A program made the translations under genes and the position numbers. 17,183 nt of DNA, from the NCBI RefSeq assembly GCF_006345805.1, contig NW_021824888.1:1-17183 (forward strand), read 5' to 3'. The stretch is from Octopus sinensis. Its lineage: Eukaryota. Numbering within the stretch: the first letter of the stretch is position 1; every line of letters begins with the position of its first letter. The notes beneath the pieces were generated by a model. The model was not told the DNA's origin. It ran no database searches and was given only the letters and a program-made list of their open reading frames with translations. Below, one piece after another: positions 1-9,308 of this stretch.

Positions 1-199
1 CTGAAGGTTTGTGTATATGAATGAGTGTGTGCGCGTTTGTGTACGTGCATGCTTGAAATTTGGTAGGGATTCTTATGTTACACTTATATATGGGATGTTG
101 TAGCTATGTGAAAGTAAAATGTAATAAGATGTGACGACATAACAAAACAACAACAGAAAGAAAACCTAGGAAAACATGGGATGTCATGATTCTGAAGAA

Positions 200-651
200 T
201 GTCCAGCATGTGAAGATATATTTCACCAAATACATGACTGACTTCTTTTTAAGAAAACCTAATTTATAATAAGCATTACTTACAAATACATCGAAATACC
301 TCCCCGCCACAAAGAAAAACATTAGCTAGAATCTAGCACACCCCTCATCACCATAAATACCGCCACACCTGTTAGCTTCACTACCATTATCCCAATTCCG
401 CATCGCCATTACCACCACCACACCACTACGGAAACAACAACTGTCCAACATGTGGAGTTATATTTCATTAGACATACGACTGACTTCGTTAAAAAAAAAG
501 AACCTAATTTATAATAAACATCACTTACAAGCACATCATAATACCACCAACCAGTAACTAGCATCTAGCATACCCATCATCTCTATAAATACCACCACAC
601 ATGTTCGCCTTGCTGCCGTTATCCCACTCACTCGGCATCACCGTTACCACC
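200..651. repeat. Old degenerate tandem duplication of a ~220-bp unique segment (copies ~200-416 and ~442-651)
   Basis: The copies are colinear: tgtccagcatgtg...gactgacttc...aacctaatttataataa...tctagca...ataaataccgccacac...ttaccacc matches tgtccaacatgtg...gactgacttc...aacctaatttataataa...tctagca...ataaataccaccacac...ttaccacc. Period is about 240 bp. Confidence 0.85.
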
Positions 652-761
652 GTTTCGTGGATATCACATTTAGAATGACTACGAGCATATGGCCATCTCA
701 GAAATGACACACGGCGAAACGACAACAATCACTATCTGAACTACCAATATCACCCCGTGTC

Positions 762-833
762 ACTACTATACTACTACTACTACTATACTACTACTACTAC
801 TACTACTACTTACTATAATAATAATGATAATAA
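762..833. repeat. (CTA)n grading into (TAA)n microsatellite
   Basis: Directly visible; the TAA part is the tail of the adjacent minus-strand SINE. Confidence 0.95.
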
Positions 834-968
834 GGATTTCAAATTTTTGCCACAAGAGCAGCTCAGGGGAAGAAGATCACGTTGACTACATCGTTCCCTT
901 ATTTAGTCGACCCCTGAAAGGATGAAAGGCAAAGTCGACATCGGCGGGATTTGAACTAAGAACGTAAA
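834..968 (-). mobile_element. 5'-truncated family A SINE (A2-type tail)
   Basis: The reverse complement reads ttacgttcttagttcaaatcccgccgatgtcgactttgcctttcatcctttcaggggtcgac...cttgtggcaaaaatttgaaatcc(tta)n, matching the + copies at 5238-5452 and 16454-16560. Confidence 0.85.
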
Positions 969-974
969 GAAGTT

Positions 975-1197
975 CTACTGCTACTACTACTGCTACCACC
1001 ACCACCACCACCAATACCAGATCCGCCATCCATTAAGCAGTACCGACCACCAGCTATTGTTAGCCGTTACTACCAAATTGGTGTGAGGACCACAACAACG
1101 ATAACAACAACACAAATAACAAAACCACCACCACCAAAAACAACAACAACACTACCACCATCACCGTTACCAATAACGACAACAATACTATCAGCAT

Positions 1198-1229
<32 letters not shown>

Positions 1230-1570
1230 CAACACTACCACCATCACTATAACCACCACCATTATTACCATCGTCACCAGCACCACCACCACCAACAACA
1301 ACAACACAAAGAACACCAACCAAACATTACAAGCACTGCACCGTTTCGCCTCCACCCATCCATGGACAACTACCGCCATTATACATATCCATCCGCATTA
1401 ACAACACAACCACCAGCACCACCACCAGCACCACCATCATCAACATCATTACAACCATCGCCAGCCAGTAAACGGCACAACCTCTACACCTACCCACCAC
1501 CGACAACTTTCACCTTTTACATCCATCAACACCAGTACCAACGCCGCCATCAAAACAACAAGCAGAGCAG
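975..1570. repeat. ACC/AAC/CAT trinucleotide low-complexity field
   Basis: Runs of ccacca, caacaa and ctacta; accounts for the His/Gln/Thr-rich and Val-rich ORFs. Confidence 0.9.
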
Positions 1571-1705
1571 CGACATCTAGGGGTTAACGCCATGACAAAT
1601 TGCAATCTGGAGAGTGCAGCTCATCTGTATCCTTCATTTTAGATCTTTGCTAAAAGTCGATTTAATGAAAATGAACCGATCAGAAATTAATAAGGTTTCT
1701 TAATT

Positions 1706-2257
1706 GCCACACACACACACACACCACCACCACCACCACCACCATCCTCTTTCTCTCTCTCGTTCTCATGAGTGTGTGTATGTCTGTGTGAGGCAAATAC
1801 ACACAAGTATACAAATATGCAAATACACTCGCGGCTACGCACACACATTTACATACATATAGATACATGCATGTGTAAAATTACATACATGCATATTTAC
1901 ACACACACACACACACTCGAAACGTTAATTTATATATCTGGAGCAGCTTCGTTCATACACATGCACATACATACACACTCACAAACACAAACTAAATCCC
2001 ACAGGGAATATATATATATACACACACACACAGACAGACATATTCGGCATGTATGATACACTGTCCCTCTCTGCTTATCGCATACACACACACACACACA
2101 CACTCTTGCTCTCTCTCTCTTCTTTCCACAGAGGCACACACCCACGAACACATACACATACGTTCCAAGTATATTCCACTCTCATACACTTACACACTCT
2201 TTCTCTCTTGCACACAAATACACACACTATTCGAAATACACTCACACTCTCATTCTT

Positions 2258-2297
<40 letters not shown>

Positions 2298-2935
2298 TCT
2301 CTCTCTCTCTCTCACACACACACTCACACTCATACACACACACTCACACACTCTCAAATACACACACTCACATACACTCTCACACACTCTCTCTCGCACT
2401 CATTTGCACTCACTCTCTCATACACTCATACACACACCACACACACACACACTCACATACACTCTCACACACTCTCTCTCACACACACACTCTCTCTCAC
2501 ACACACACTCTCTCTCATACACTCATACACACACACATCCACTCTCACACACACTCTCTCTCACACACACACACTCTCTCTCTCATACTCATACACACAC
2601 ACTCTCACACACTCTCTCACACACACACACTCGCACTCTGTAACGCACACAAACACACTCAAGAGACATATACTATTCGACATACACTCACACTCTCACT
2701 CTCTCTCTCTCACTCTCTCTCACTCTCTTTCTCTGACGTGCACACACACACATGCACACACAAAGAAACACAGTCTGTCCATCAATCCATCATTCTTTCA
2801 CAATCACACACAAATACACACACGCACACATACATACACTCCTCCCTACTACCACACACATAAGGAAGACAAACCACTCCCTCCCTACCACCACCACCAC
2901 CGTTACTACTACAACCGATACACATCACGGCAAAC
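1706..2935. repeat. CA/CT dinucleotide mosaic microsatellite field
   Basis: Interleaved (CA)n and (CT)n runs; accounts for the HTHT/LSLS ORFs. Confidence 0.95.
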
Positions 2936-3185
2936 CACCAACATGATGGTACTTGGTAAACTTGAAGAATTTGATTGGAGAGAGAGATAGTAAATAACAC
3001 GACAAATTAGTTTAAGCGGCCTGGACATCGTCCAATTTCCTGTGGAATTGGTGCTGCTGCTACCAATAATCTATTGGCTATCCAAGACAAATTAGCCCCT
3101 CGTTAAATGATGTATGGCATCTTATCAAAAGACCTACCCTGCTCTATAGTGTGGTCTTTCGCCTTTATAAACACGGAGCAGCCCA

Positions 3186-3260
3186 CATATATATATATAT
3201 AATATATATATATATAATATATAATATATATACCGGCATACGCAATGATTATGTATGAAG

Positions 3261-3297
<37 letters not shown>

Positions 3298-3897
3298 CGC
3301 GCGCGCGCGCGTGTGTGTATGTATATATATATATATATATATGTGTGTGTATGTGTATATATATACATATTTATATATATTTATATGTATATAGATAGAT
3401 AGATAGATAGATAGATATATAGATAGATAGATATACCGAGAGAGATAGAGAAAAGGAGAGAGGACAGACTGACAGATATATACAGAAACTGGGATATATA
3501 TATATATGTGTGTGTGTATATATGTGTATATATATATGCGTATATATATATGTACATATATATATGTATATATATATATATGTGCGTATATATATATATA
3601 TGTACATATATATGTATATATATATAATGTACATATATATATGTATATATATATATATGTATATATATGTATATATATATATACATATATATATGTATAT
3701 ATATATATGTGTGTATATATACATGTATATATATATATGTGTGTATATAACACCATATATTGTGCATATATATATATATATATATATAATATATATCATA
3801 TATATATATATATATAAGCACAAAGATAGATATAGAAGTGTGTGTAGGTGAGTGTACCAGTGCTTTCAATTCTCATATATACACACACACACACATA
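3186..3897. repeat. (TA)n/(TG)n/(GATA)n microsatellite field containing a (GC)7 run
   Basis: Directly visible; (GC)7 at 3297-3310 and (GATA)n at about 3390-3432. Confidence 0.95.
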
Positions 3898-4146
3898 TAT
3901 TTTTGAAATAACAACTTCAATTACATTCTGTTATTCCATTCTTGGAATCGGTCTCAATTGAATTCTTTGTGGAATCAACAATGGCAAACGAGAAAAACAA
4001 CAGATTATTCTTCCCCTTAACCCAGCACCACACCCAAACCCACAGTTCTGCTCCCGTTTCGTAATAAAACGGGAAACAAAGACAACGAAAATGACAAAAA
4101 TCTTTAAAAATATAACAAAAGAAAAGGAAACTTGTACCACGTGATT

Positions 4147-4418
4147 ATGTATATATATACATGAGTGTGTGTGTGTGTTTACATATATAGCAATATGCAT
4201 TTATCTATGTATGTATGTATGTATGTATCTATATATATCTATCAACACACGCGAGTGCAAGAATAATGACATCCCGGTTGTGCTCCAGCATGACCAGAAC
4301 CAAATGGCTGAAACGTATAAAAGAATGAAATGTAATATATATATATATTATATATATATATACATAATATATATATACATACATACACATATATATACAT
4401 ACATATATAATATACATA

Positions 4419-4455
<37 letters not shown>

Positions 4456-4575
4456 CATACATACGCACATATATATATAACATATATATACATACATATA
4501 TATACAAATATATATATATATATACATACACGTACATTACCTGTCTGTCACTATGAGTGTGAGCGCGCCCGCGGT

Positions 4576-4606
<31 letters not shown>

Positions 4607-4710
4607 TATATATATTCATATAAGCCTATGTATGTGCGTACGTACTTGATGTGTGTGTACAGATATACCAATATATCAATATATATGTATGTATCTATAT
4701 ATATATTTAT
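4147..4710. repeat. (TA)n/(TATG)n microsatellite field
   Basis: Directly visible; interrupted by a SINE remnant and a short GC-rich island. Confidence 0.9.
4276..4326 (+). mobile_element. Decayed 3' end of a family B SINE
   Basis: ggttgtgctccagcatgaccagaaccaaatggctgaaacgtataaaaga aligns to ggtggtgctccagcatggccgcagtcaaaggactgaaacaagtaaaata in the 3' end of the copy at 5666-5855. Confidence 0.7.
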
Positions 4711-5133
4711 GTGTCAATATGTGTGTATGTTTGCTGGTCCCTTTCCACCGCACACGTCGTCTTATAGCAGATGTTGTTGAAACAGAACATGACATCAGCC
4801 ATATCGATCTCACCATTCCCCTCTCTCTCTCTCTCCCAGAGAGTTTGGCTGTGCCTTTCCAAGGTCACGAATACAACCCTTATCCACCCATCCTTGATCT
4901 TGCCTAAACCATTAAATAAAATTGATATATAATTGACATACGATATTGTTAACAGGAAGAAGGAAGGATTCTCCTGAGAGTCTTGGCAGCAGTAATGGGA
5001 CCGAAAAGCAACATCGCGAAATAAGAATATGGAAGAGATATATAAGAATTTCAGAGAGGAACAAGACGGAAGAATATAGGGGAGAAAAAACGAACAAGAA
5101 TAAGAAATTACAGAAACCAACATCATCGTAGTC

Positions 5134-5141
5134 ATCGTTAT

Positions 5142-5191
<50 letters not shown>

Positions 5192-5237
5192 TAATAATAA
5201 TAATAATAATAATTATTATTATTATTGTTATTATTAT
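5134..5237. repeat. (TAA)n followed by (TTA)n (self-complementary microsatellite)
   Basis: Directly visible. Confidence 0.95.
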
Positions 5238-5453
5238 GAGGCAGAGAATTGGTAGAATCGTAACCGAGTCGGGTGAAATACTTAGCGGCATTTCGTCCGT
5301 CTTTACGTTTGAGTTCAAATGCCGTCGAGGTCAACTTTGCCTTCCATTATTTCCGGGTCGATAAAATAAATACCAATGGAGCAATGGGGGGTCGATGTAA
5401 TCGATTTATCTCATTCCCCCAAATTGCTGGCCTTGTGCCAAATTTTAAAATCA

Positions 5454-5487
<34 letters not shown>
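5238..5487 (+). mobile_element. Family A tRNA-headed SINE, A2 tail plus (ATT)n
   Basis: Head gaggcagagaattggtagaatcg, B-box-like gagttcaaatgcc, core gtcaactttgccttcc...ggggtcgatgtaatcgat, tail ggccttgtgccaaattttaaaatc(att)n. Homologous to 834-968 and 16142-16560. Confidence 0.85.
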
Positions 5488-5667
5488 CTGGCGGCGAAAA
5501 GCTTAGTGGTATTTTATCTGACGCTACGTTCTGAGTTCAAATTCAGCCGAGGCCAACTTTGCCTTTCATCCTTTCGGGGTCGATTAAATAAGTACCAGTT
5601 ACGCAGTGGGGTCGATGTAATCGACTTAATCGTCCTTGTTTGTCCTCTTTAGTGTTTAGCCCCTTGT
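5488..5667 (+). mobile_element. Family A SINE, A1 tail, internally deleted head
   Basis: ctacgttctgagttcaaattcagccgaggccaactttgcctttcatcctttcggggtcgattaaataagtaccagttacgc...ttagccccttgtg matches 16206-16438. Confidence 0.85.
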
Positions 5668-5855
5668 GTGTATATGTGTGTGTTTGTTCCCCCAACTTCG
5701 CTTGACAACCAATGCTGGTGTGTTTACGGTTCGGCAAAAGAGACCGATAGAATAAGTACTAGGCTTACAAAGAATAAGTCCTGGGGTCGATTTGCTCGAC
5801 TAATGGTGGTGCTCCAGCATGGCCGCAGTCAAAGGACTGAAACAAGTAAAATAGT
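5666..5855 (+). mobile_element. 3' half of a family B SINE
   Basis: Reverse-complement match to 7104-7300 and 6815-6990 (gcttgacaacc...ggcaaaagagaccgatagaataagtactaggcttac...ggggtcgatttgctcgactaa...gctccagcatggccgcagtc). Confidence 0.9.
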
Positions 5856-5886
5856 ACATACATACATACATACAATATACATATAT

Positions 5887-6272
5887 ATGGAAGCACTCCG
5901 TCGGTTACGACGATGAGGGTTCCGGTTGATCCGATCAACGGAACATCCTGCTCGTGAAATTAACGTGTAAGTGGCTGAGCACTCCACAGACACGTGTACC
6001 CTTAACGTAGTTCTCGGAGATATTCAGCGTGACACAGAGAGTGACAAGGCCGGCCCTTTGAAATACAGGTACAACAGAAACAGGAAGTAAGAGTGAGAGA
6101 AAATGTGGTGTGAAAGAGTACAGCAGGGTTCACCACTATCCCTGCCGGAAGCCTCGCGGAGCTTTAGGTGTTTTCGCTCAATAAACACTCACAACGCCCG
6201 GTCTGGGAATCGAAACCGCGATCCTACGACCGCGAGTCCGCTGCCCTAACCACTGGGCCATTGCGCCTCCAC
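5887..6272 (-). mobile_element. Family D tRNA-headed SINE, tail type 1, full length
   Basis: The minus strand starts gtggaggcgcaatggcccagtggttagggcagcggactcgcggtcgtaggatcgcggtttcgattccc (A box TGGCCCAGTGG, B box GGTTTCGATTCC). A stem-loop lies near the 3' end at 5919-5944, followed by a (TA)n tail. Confidence 0.9.
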
Positions 6273-6758
6273 AACTACTACTACTATTACAACAGCTGGG
6301 TCTAGAGGAATACTAAGATGAAAGAGGCAGAGAAAATAAGGTCATACTAAAATGACACATGTGTGTACATTCATATCCTCTCACCGTCTCCTTATCTATA
6401 TCTCTCTTCCCTAATTCCACAACATAATCTTTTGTGGAATCGAAACTTGAACGTCCTAAATACAAACTTGATTAATACACAAAAAATCAAAGCATCTTCT
6501 TGCCACACTGTTTTGTAAAAGAAACAAAAATAAAATCGAAATAAATATGATATAGTTTTATTGATTTAATTTTTTTCTTTAAGATTAACCGATTTAACAT
6601 TTTAACTTTGCATGAGTTTTAGTATCGATTTTGCTTCTTTTTTTTTTCATATAATATATTAATTTTTTAAACGAAAATCAATATTATAAATAAAAAAGAT
6701 GTTTATTTTTATATTTTCCCCTCTTTTCACATCGATCTGTAAATTATATATATATTCA

Positions 6759-6784
6759 TACGAGCTGAAATACCCGGCGTTGCT
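6759..6784 (-). mobile_element. Possible orphan Helitron 3' terminus
   Basis: tacgagctgaaatacccggcgttgct resembles tactagcagtatcgcccggcgttgct at 13039-13064. Confidence 0.4.
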
Positions 6785-6814
6785 AGCTTTGAAGGCTCCA
6801 GGAAGCAACAATAA

Positions 6815-6990
6815 CATCGCCTTCAGTCGAGCAAATAGACCTCAGGACTTAGTTTTTGGAAGCCTAGTACTTATTCTATCGGTCTCTTTTGCCGAACTGC
6901 TAAGTTACGGGGACGTAAACACACCAGCATCGGTTGTCAAGCGATGTTGGGGGGACAAACACAGACACACAAACATACACACACACACAT
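6815..6990 (-). mobile_element. 3' half of a family B SINE
   Basis: Colinear with 7104-7300 and the reverse complement of 5666-5855. Confidence 0.9.
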
Positions 6991-7066
6991 CTAACTTCAC
7001 ATTCAAAGATATACATGTCATAAACTAACCGGAAGCCAATTGTTTCGCCTCTTTGTACTTCTGTCG

Positions 7067-7103
<37 letters not shown>

Positions 7104-7104
<1 letters not shown>

Positions 7105-7294
7105 TCTTTTACTTGTTTCATTCATCTGACTGCGGCCATGCTGGAGCACCACCATTAGTCGAGCAAATCGACCCCAGGACTTATTCCTTGTAAGCCTAGT
7201 ACTGATTCTATCGGTCTCTTTTGCCGAACTGCTAAGTTACGGGGACGTAAACACACCAGAAATCGGTTGTCAAGTGATGTTGGGGGGGGGAACA

Positions 7295-7341
<47 letters not shown>

Positions 7342-7500
7342 GACGGGTTTCTTTCAGTTTCCGTCTACCAAATCCACTCACAAGGCTTTGGTCAGCCCGG
7401 GGCTATAGTAGAAGACACTTGCCGAAAGTGCCACGCAGTGGGACTGAACCCGGAACCATGTGGCTCGTAAGCAAGCTACTTACCACACAGCCACTCCTAC
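7104..7500 (-). mobile_element. Family B tRNA-headed SINE, full length, with internal (TA)n
   Basis: Minus-strand head gtaggagtggctgtgtggtaagtagcttgcttacgagccacatggttccgggttcagtccc (A box TGGCTGTGTGG, B box GGTTCAGTCCC), then ggcactttcggcaagtgtcttc (resembles the start of the CORE-SINE domain; from memory), internal (TA)n at about 7303-7345, and the 3' half. Confidence 0.85.
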
Positions 7501-7516
7501 ACCAATATATATATAT

Positions 7517-7827
7517 CACCGTGATCACCGTGACCGACCAGGCCATCACATGTTGTTACACATCGCTGGTCACAATGCGCTTCGCATTGTTTTAGCCTTC
7601 AAATGACGCCACCCCGCTGGCTAAGCGAGCAGGCCAACAGAAGAAAGAGTGAGAGAAAGTTGTGGTGAAAAAGTACAACAGGGATCACCACCACCCCCTG
7701 CCGGATCCTCGTGGAGCTTTAGGTGTTTTCGCTCAATAAGCACTCACAACGCCCGGTCTGGGAATCGAAACCGCGATCCTACGACCGCGAGTCCGCTGCC
7801 CTAACCACTAGGCCATTGCGCCTCCAC
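7517..7827 (-). mobile_element. Family D tRNA-headed SINE, tail type 2
   Basis: Head and body are nearly identical to the head half of 5887-6272, but the 3' tail is unrelated and contains the hairpin caatgcg-ctt-cgcattg at 7573-7589. Confidence 0.9.
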
Positions 7828-8250
7828 ATATATATATATATATATATATATTTTAACTGTAGCGCTGCATATGTGACTTATGTCTAACATCTCCCTTGTG
7901 CATACACACATACATACCAAAGGGCACACACACATACATATCAGGGTTACCAGGTGTAACTCAGGTAAAAACTTAATAGTTTTGCCATACTATATATATT
8001 TCGCATTCTGTTTGTAAGCTTCTCATTTTACGGTATCATGTCCCCTTCGTCCCCTTAATCCCGTTATTCTTTTCTCTTATTTGATATTTAGTGTAAATCC
8101 AGAACTTCCTTATTATATTACATGATTTTTTTTTCCAGAAGGAGCATAAATAATTAAAATAAATTGCGTTTATTTCCAATTCTTGTATATCTTACATGCA
8201 AGTTGGCCATGAGAGAACTAATATTCTTCGAGCTCAACAACAAAGTTTGT

Positions 8251-8665
8251 GGATCTTTTCGGTTTGAACGGCAGTTTTTAACATAATTTCTAGGTAACTA
8301 AAAAAATTTAAACTTCGTATACTGGTAGAATGTGTTTATAAAACATCTTTTTCTCTTAGCTTTATAGAGAAAATTCTATAGTTTGTAAGATATTCGTTGT
8401 TGTTTTTTCTTCAATTTCTGCAATTTCAACCAATCACTGACGTCTATTGAGGTAAAAAAAAACATTCTGTGCCGTATGAATATGTCCCTCGTTTAAGAAA
8501 CAGATTGGGTTTATTTACATTTGTGAAGAAAAAAATATACCCTTCCCCCCACCCCTAACCCTAAAACAGATTGAAATGCAATAGATCGATACTAGGGTCA
8601 TAATTATGGGTGACAATTTCATATGACACTGCTAGAAAAAACTGTTGTTCAAACCGAAAAGATCC
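8251..8665. mobile_element. 415-bp MITE (non-autonomous DNA transposon) with 29-bp TIRs and an 8-bp TSD; Merlin-like by inference
   Basis: Left TIR ggatcttttcggtttgaacggcagttttt (8251-8279) and right TIR 8637-8665 match at 27/29 as reverse complements. TSD aagtttgt at 8243-8250 and 8666-8673. No coding capacity. Confidence 0.92.
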
Positions 8666-8970
8666 AAGTTTGTTCCTGACGTTTATTTAAAGGCAGAACA
8701 AATGCCAAGTTTTATTGGAAACTGTAGCCGTTTGAATACGAAAAGTATTTCTCTGACAGACGGAATCGTGTGTATTCTACGTATAAATGCATTCTCTCAC
8801 GTAAAATAACCAGTGAAAAGAGGAACCAGATGTACTTGCATAGCAAGTGAGATGCAGCATGGAATTTTGTCAGTGAACAGGTCGCGGTCTCAAAGCGACG
8901 AAAATATTTTGACAAATTAAATTTAAATGTTGAAATGAATCGAACGGATTTTGTGTGTTTCTTAAATGGC

Positions 8971-9056
8971 TTATGAACATCTGACGGATATTTGTCCTCA
9001 TCTTGTTTGTTGTTAACACAACGTTTCGGCTGATATACCCTCCAGCCTTCATCAGG
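8971..9056 (-). repeat. Inverted copy of the hammerhead-containing tail of the family E SINE
   Basis: The reverse complement matches 9225-9304; 56 of the first 57 nt are identical, followed by a 6-nt indel and a few mismatches. Confidence 0.95.
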
Positions 9057-9127
9057 GCATATGGCGTAGTGGTTAAGAGCGCCGGTTACTAACCACAAGA
9101 TTCTGAGTTCAATTCTAGGCAGTGACC

Positions 9128-9163
<36 letters not shown>

Positions 9164-9308
9164 TTACCTTATTAATATAAATACCTTAGTAATGAGAACC
9201 CAGTTTCGAAATTTCCCCAAGACACCTGATGAAGGCTGGAGGGTATATCAGCCGAAACGTTGTGTTAGCAACAAACAAGATAAATATCCTTCAAATGTAA
9301 ATAATGTA
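9056..9308 (+). mobile_element. Family E tRNA-headed SINE with internal (TAA)n and a Penelope-like, hammerhead-bearing 3' tail
   Basis: Head tggcgtagtggttaagagcgc...gagttcaattct (A and B boxes), (TAA)n at about 9129-9165, then tail ...ccaagacacctgatgaaggctggagggtatatcagccgaaacgttgtgtt... Confidence 0.8.
9221..9266 (+). ncRNA. Minimal type I hammerhead ribozyme motif
   Basis: Stem I GACAC (9221-9225) pairs with GUGUU (9262-9266); core CUGAUGA at 9226-9232; stem II GGCUG/CAGCC (9234-9238/9249-9253); GAAAC at 9254-9258; GUU triplet at 9259-9261, with a loopless palindromic ACGU stem III. Confidence 0.75.

Noticed and set aside
1083-1580. 165-aa His/Gln/Thr/Pro-rich ORF
   Set aside because: Entirely trinucleotide low-complexity sequence that is open in several frames on both strands; no domain or splice support.
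2049-2990. 313-aa and overlapping HT/LS-repeat ORFs
   Set aside because: Translation of (CA)n/(CT)n microsatellites, which lack stop codons.
3103-3869. Multiple YI-repeat ORFs (also at 4169-4493 and 9814-10306)
   Set aside because: Translation of (TA)n fields.
4535-4576. Short CpG-rich island with a minus-strand CAG|GTAATG donor-like site
   Set aside because: Too short, with no acceptor or promoter evidence; embedded in TA repeats.
4707-5318. 203-aa minus-strand ORF with poly-Ile
   Set aside because: Spans a SINE and a (TAA)n tract; no recognisable protein.
6414-6440. 9-bp hairpin attccacaa/ttgtggaat, with tttgtggaatc also near 3966
   Set aside because: Isolated short stems and repeated 11-mers are expected by chance in 17 kb of AT-rich DNA.
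7942-7954. cagggttaccagg as a possible hAT-type terminus
   Set aside because: No matching inverted terminus was found in the window.
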